This document shows, piece after piece, positions 62,798-64,000 of a stretch of 64,000 nt of DNA. Position 1 is the stretch's first letter; each line of letters starts with the position of its first letter. The notes under the pieces are model-generated. The model saw only the letters and a list, made by a program, of their open reading frames with translations, was not told the DNA's origin and ran no database searches. The translations under genes and the position numbers were made by a program. This DNA comes from Zootoca vivipara (lineage: Eukaryota), in NCBI RefSeq assembly GCF_963506605.1, contig NC_083277.1:57970001-58034000 (forward strand), written 5' to 3'.

Positions 62798-63492
62798 CTG
62801 TTCAGGGAAGAAGTCAGGGAGCTCGGATAATCAAACAGGAATAGCCAGCCTCCCAGGGCTAGGCATGGCCAAAGCAAAAGTAACCGCCCCTTCCCTCCCC
62901 CACTCACACTCGTGCACCCACACAGACCACACACAAATGCACATACCAACTACATGTACGCAACACACATACACACACACATGGAGGCACATACAATGAT
63001 ATAGTATAGTTTTTTGCCATAGACTGGAAATTGGAGATAGGAGCTACAGAACTGTGTTAGGACCACCTACCCTTGAATTTTCCAATAGCTAAAATACTAC
63101 AGTTGTTGACATAGTATATTCTCCATATCAATTTCATATTGAAAAACATTACAAATGGTCTTGGACCGACTGTGGCACACTTCTGAATATACATTTAACA
63201 TCTTACAATATGGGATGAGACATTTTAGATTGACCTTTGGCTTATGTTTTGAGTTATACTCCGTCATCACCTGTTTTCCTTCTATAGCGATGCAGATGCT
63301 TGCCAAAAATCATAAGGCGCCACCTTCCCACTGCATGGTACGAATGGCCCAACACTAACAAGCTAGTTATAGGCAAAAAGGGGAGCAGCATCCCAGGATA
63401 GCACTGGCTTCAATCATCCCTGGAATCTCCTTGTCCTTCGAGCTTTGCATCCCACCCACCCGAAGCCTCGCAGACTCTCCTCCCCTGCTCAC

Positions 63493-63726
63493 CTTGTCAG
63501 GATCATAGGCAACAATGTTGAGGCCGGCCACAGGTGTTCTGGCAGAAGCGTGTTCCTCAATATCACCGGAAAAGACACCCTCTGGAGGGCCTGTGAAGTC
63601 ACAGGTTGCGTAGTCCGTGCACAGATAGAACTGAGGCTTGTTGTCATTTATGTCAGTGACCTGGATGGTCACAGTGGTGTTCACTTGCGCCACCTGCTGG
63701 TAAATGTTGAGGTTTCGTTCCCGAGC
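63493..63726 (-). CDS. CDHR2: CDHR2 exon (ARERNLN...DINDNKPQF...AYDPDK)
   Basis: Acceptor ctcag, donor gtgagc, 234 nt, phase 0/0. Confidence 0.92.
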
Positions 63727-63739
63727 CTGAGCATTGAAG

Positions 63740-63741
<2 letters not shown>

Positions 63742-63800
<59 letters not shown>
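63742..63800. repeat. (AG)n microsatellite, about 29 units
   Basis: Direct reading. Confidence 0.97.
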
Positions 63801-63802
<2 letters not shown>

Positions 63803-63876
63803 CTGAGGCCTTGGACGAGAGGGGGGTGGGGAGGGCAGAGAGATCTTCCACTTCCCACAACCGCTCTGCTACTCAC

Positions 63877-63983
63877 CACAACCTGGAGCTGCACCTCTTC
63901 ACCTGGAATGCCTTCTCGGTCCAGGTGGCCGCTCACAGTGATGACTCCTGTGGCATTGTTGATCGTGAACAAGCTAGTGGCAG
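63877..63983 (-). CDS. CDHR2: CDHR2 exon (ATSLFTINNATGVITVSGHLDRE...)
   Basis: Acceptor ccctag, donor gtgagt, LDRE motif. Confidence 0.9.
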
Positions 63984-64000
63984 CTAGGGCAGAGGGGAAA

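Larger units (their letters stand above)
50307..63983 (-). other. CDHR2: Cadherin-related family member 2 (protocadherin-24) gene body, 22 coding exons, about 1037 aa in window, 5' part outside
   Basis: Cadherin repeats (DxNDNxP, LDRE/LDYE, AxDxD), one TM helix, cytoplasmic GPAIPGTNKYN-ANP and SLNSLDEN motifs, C-terminal DTSDL. All introns GT-AG and phase-consistent. Confidence 0.93.

Noticed and set aside
63445-63987. 180-aa plus-strand ORF with an ERER tract
   Set aside because: Antisense to CDHR2 exons and derived from the (AG)n repeat.

Overview
Vertebrate nuclear DNA from a squamate reptile, most likely a lacertid lizard given the Sauria/POM-type SINEs alongside CR1, L2 and RTE LINEs. 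There is no prokaryotic content. Two genes are recognisable and convergent. GPRIN1 (+) has a CpG-island promoter and non-coding exon near 22.3-22.5 kb, a single coding exon with CDS 42713-44479 (588 aa), and a 3'UTR to about 48.2 kb. CDHR2/protocadherin-24 (-) contributes 22 phase-consistent coding exons from 63983 down to a stop at 50307, ending in the PDZ ligand DTSDL; its N-terminus lies beyond the window. The rest is dense with nested transposons: hAT MITEs with 8-bp TSDs, Tc1/mariner-pogo MITEs with TA TSDs, two solo LTRs, SINEs and LINE fragments. The most interesting leads are (i) a candidate orphan minus-strand multi-exon gene at 3-7114 behind an RFX X-box plus CCAAT promoter, (ii) two CR1 copies 27 kb apart sharing the same 101-bp 3' extension, (iii) a spliced uORF overlapping the GPRIN1 start, and (iv) a MITE-in-MITE hairpin in the GPRIN1 3'UTR. 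All coordinates were counted by hand, and repeat family names come from recalled consensus features, not database searches.
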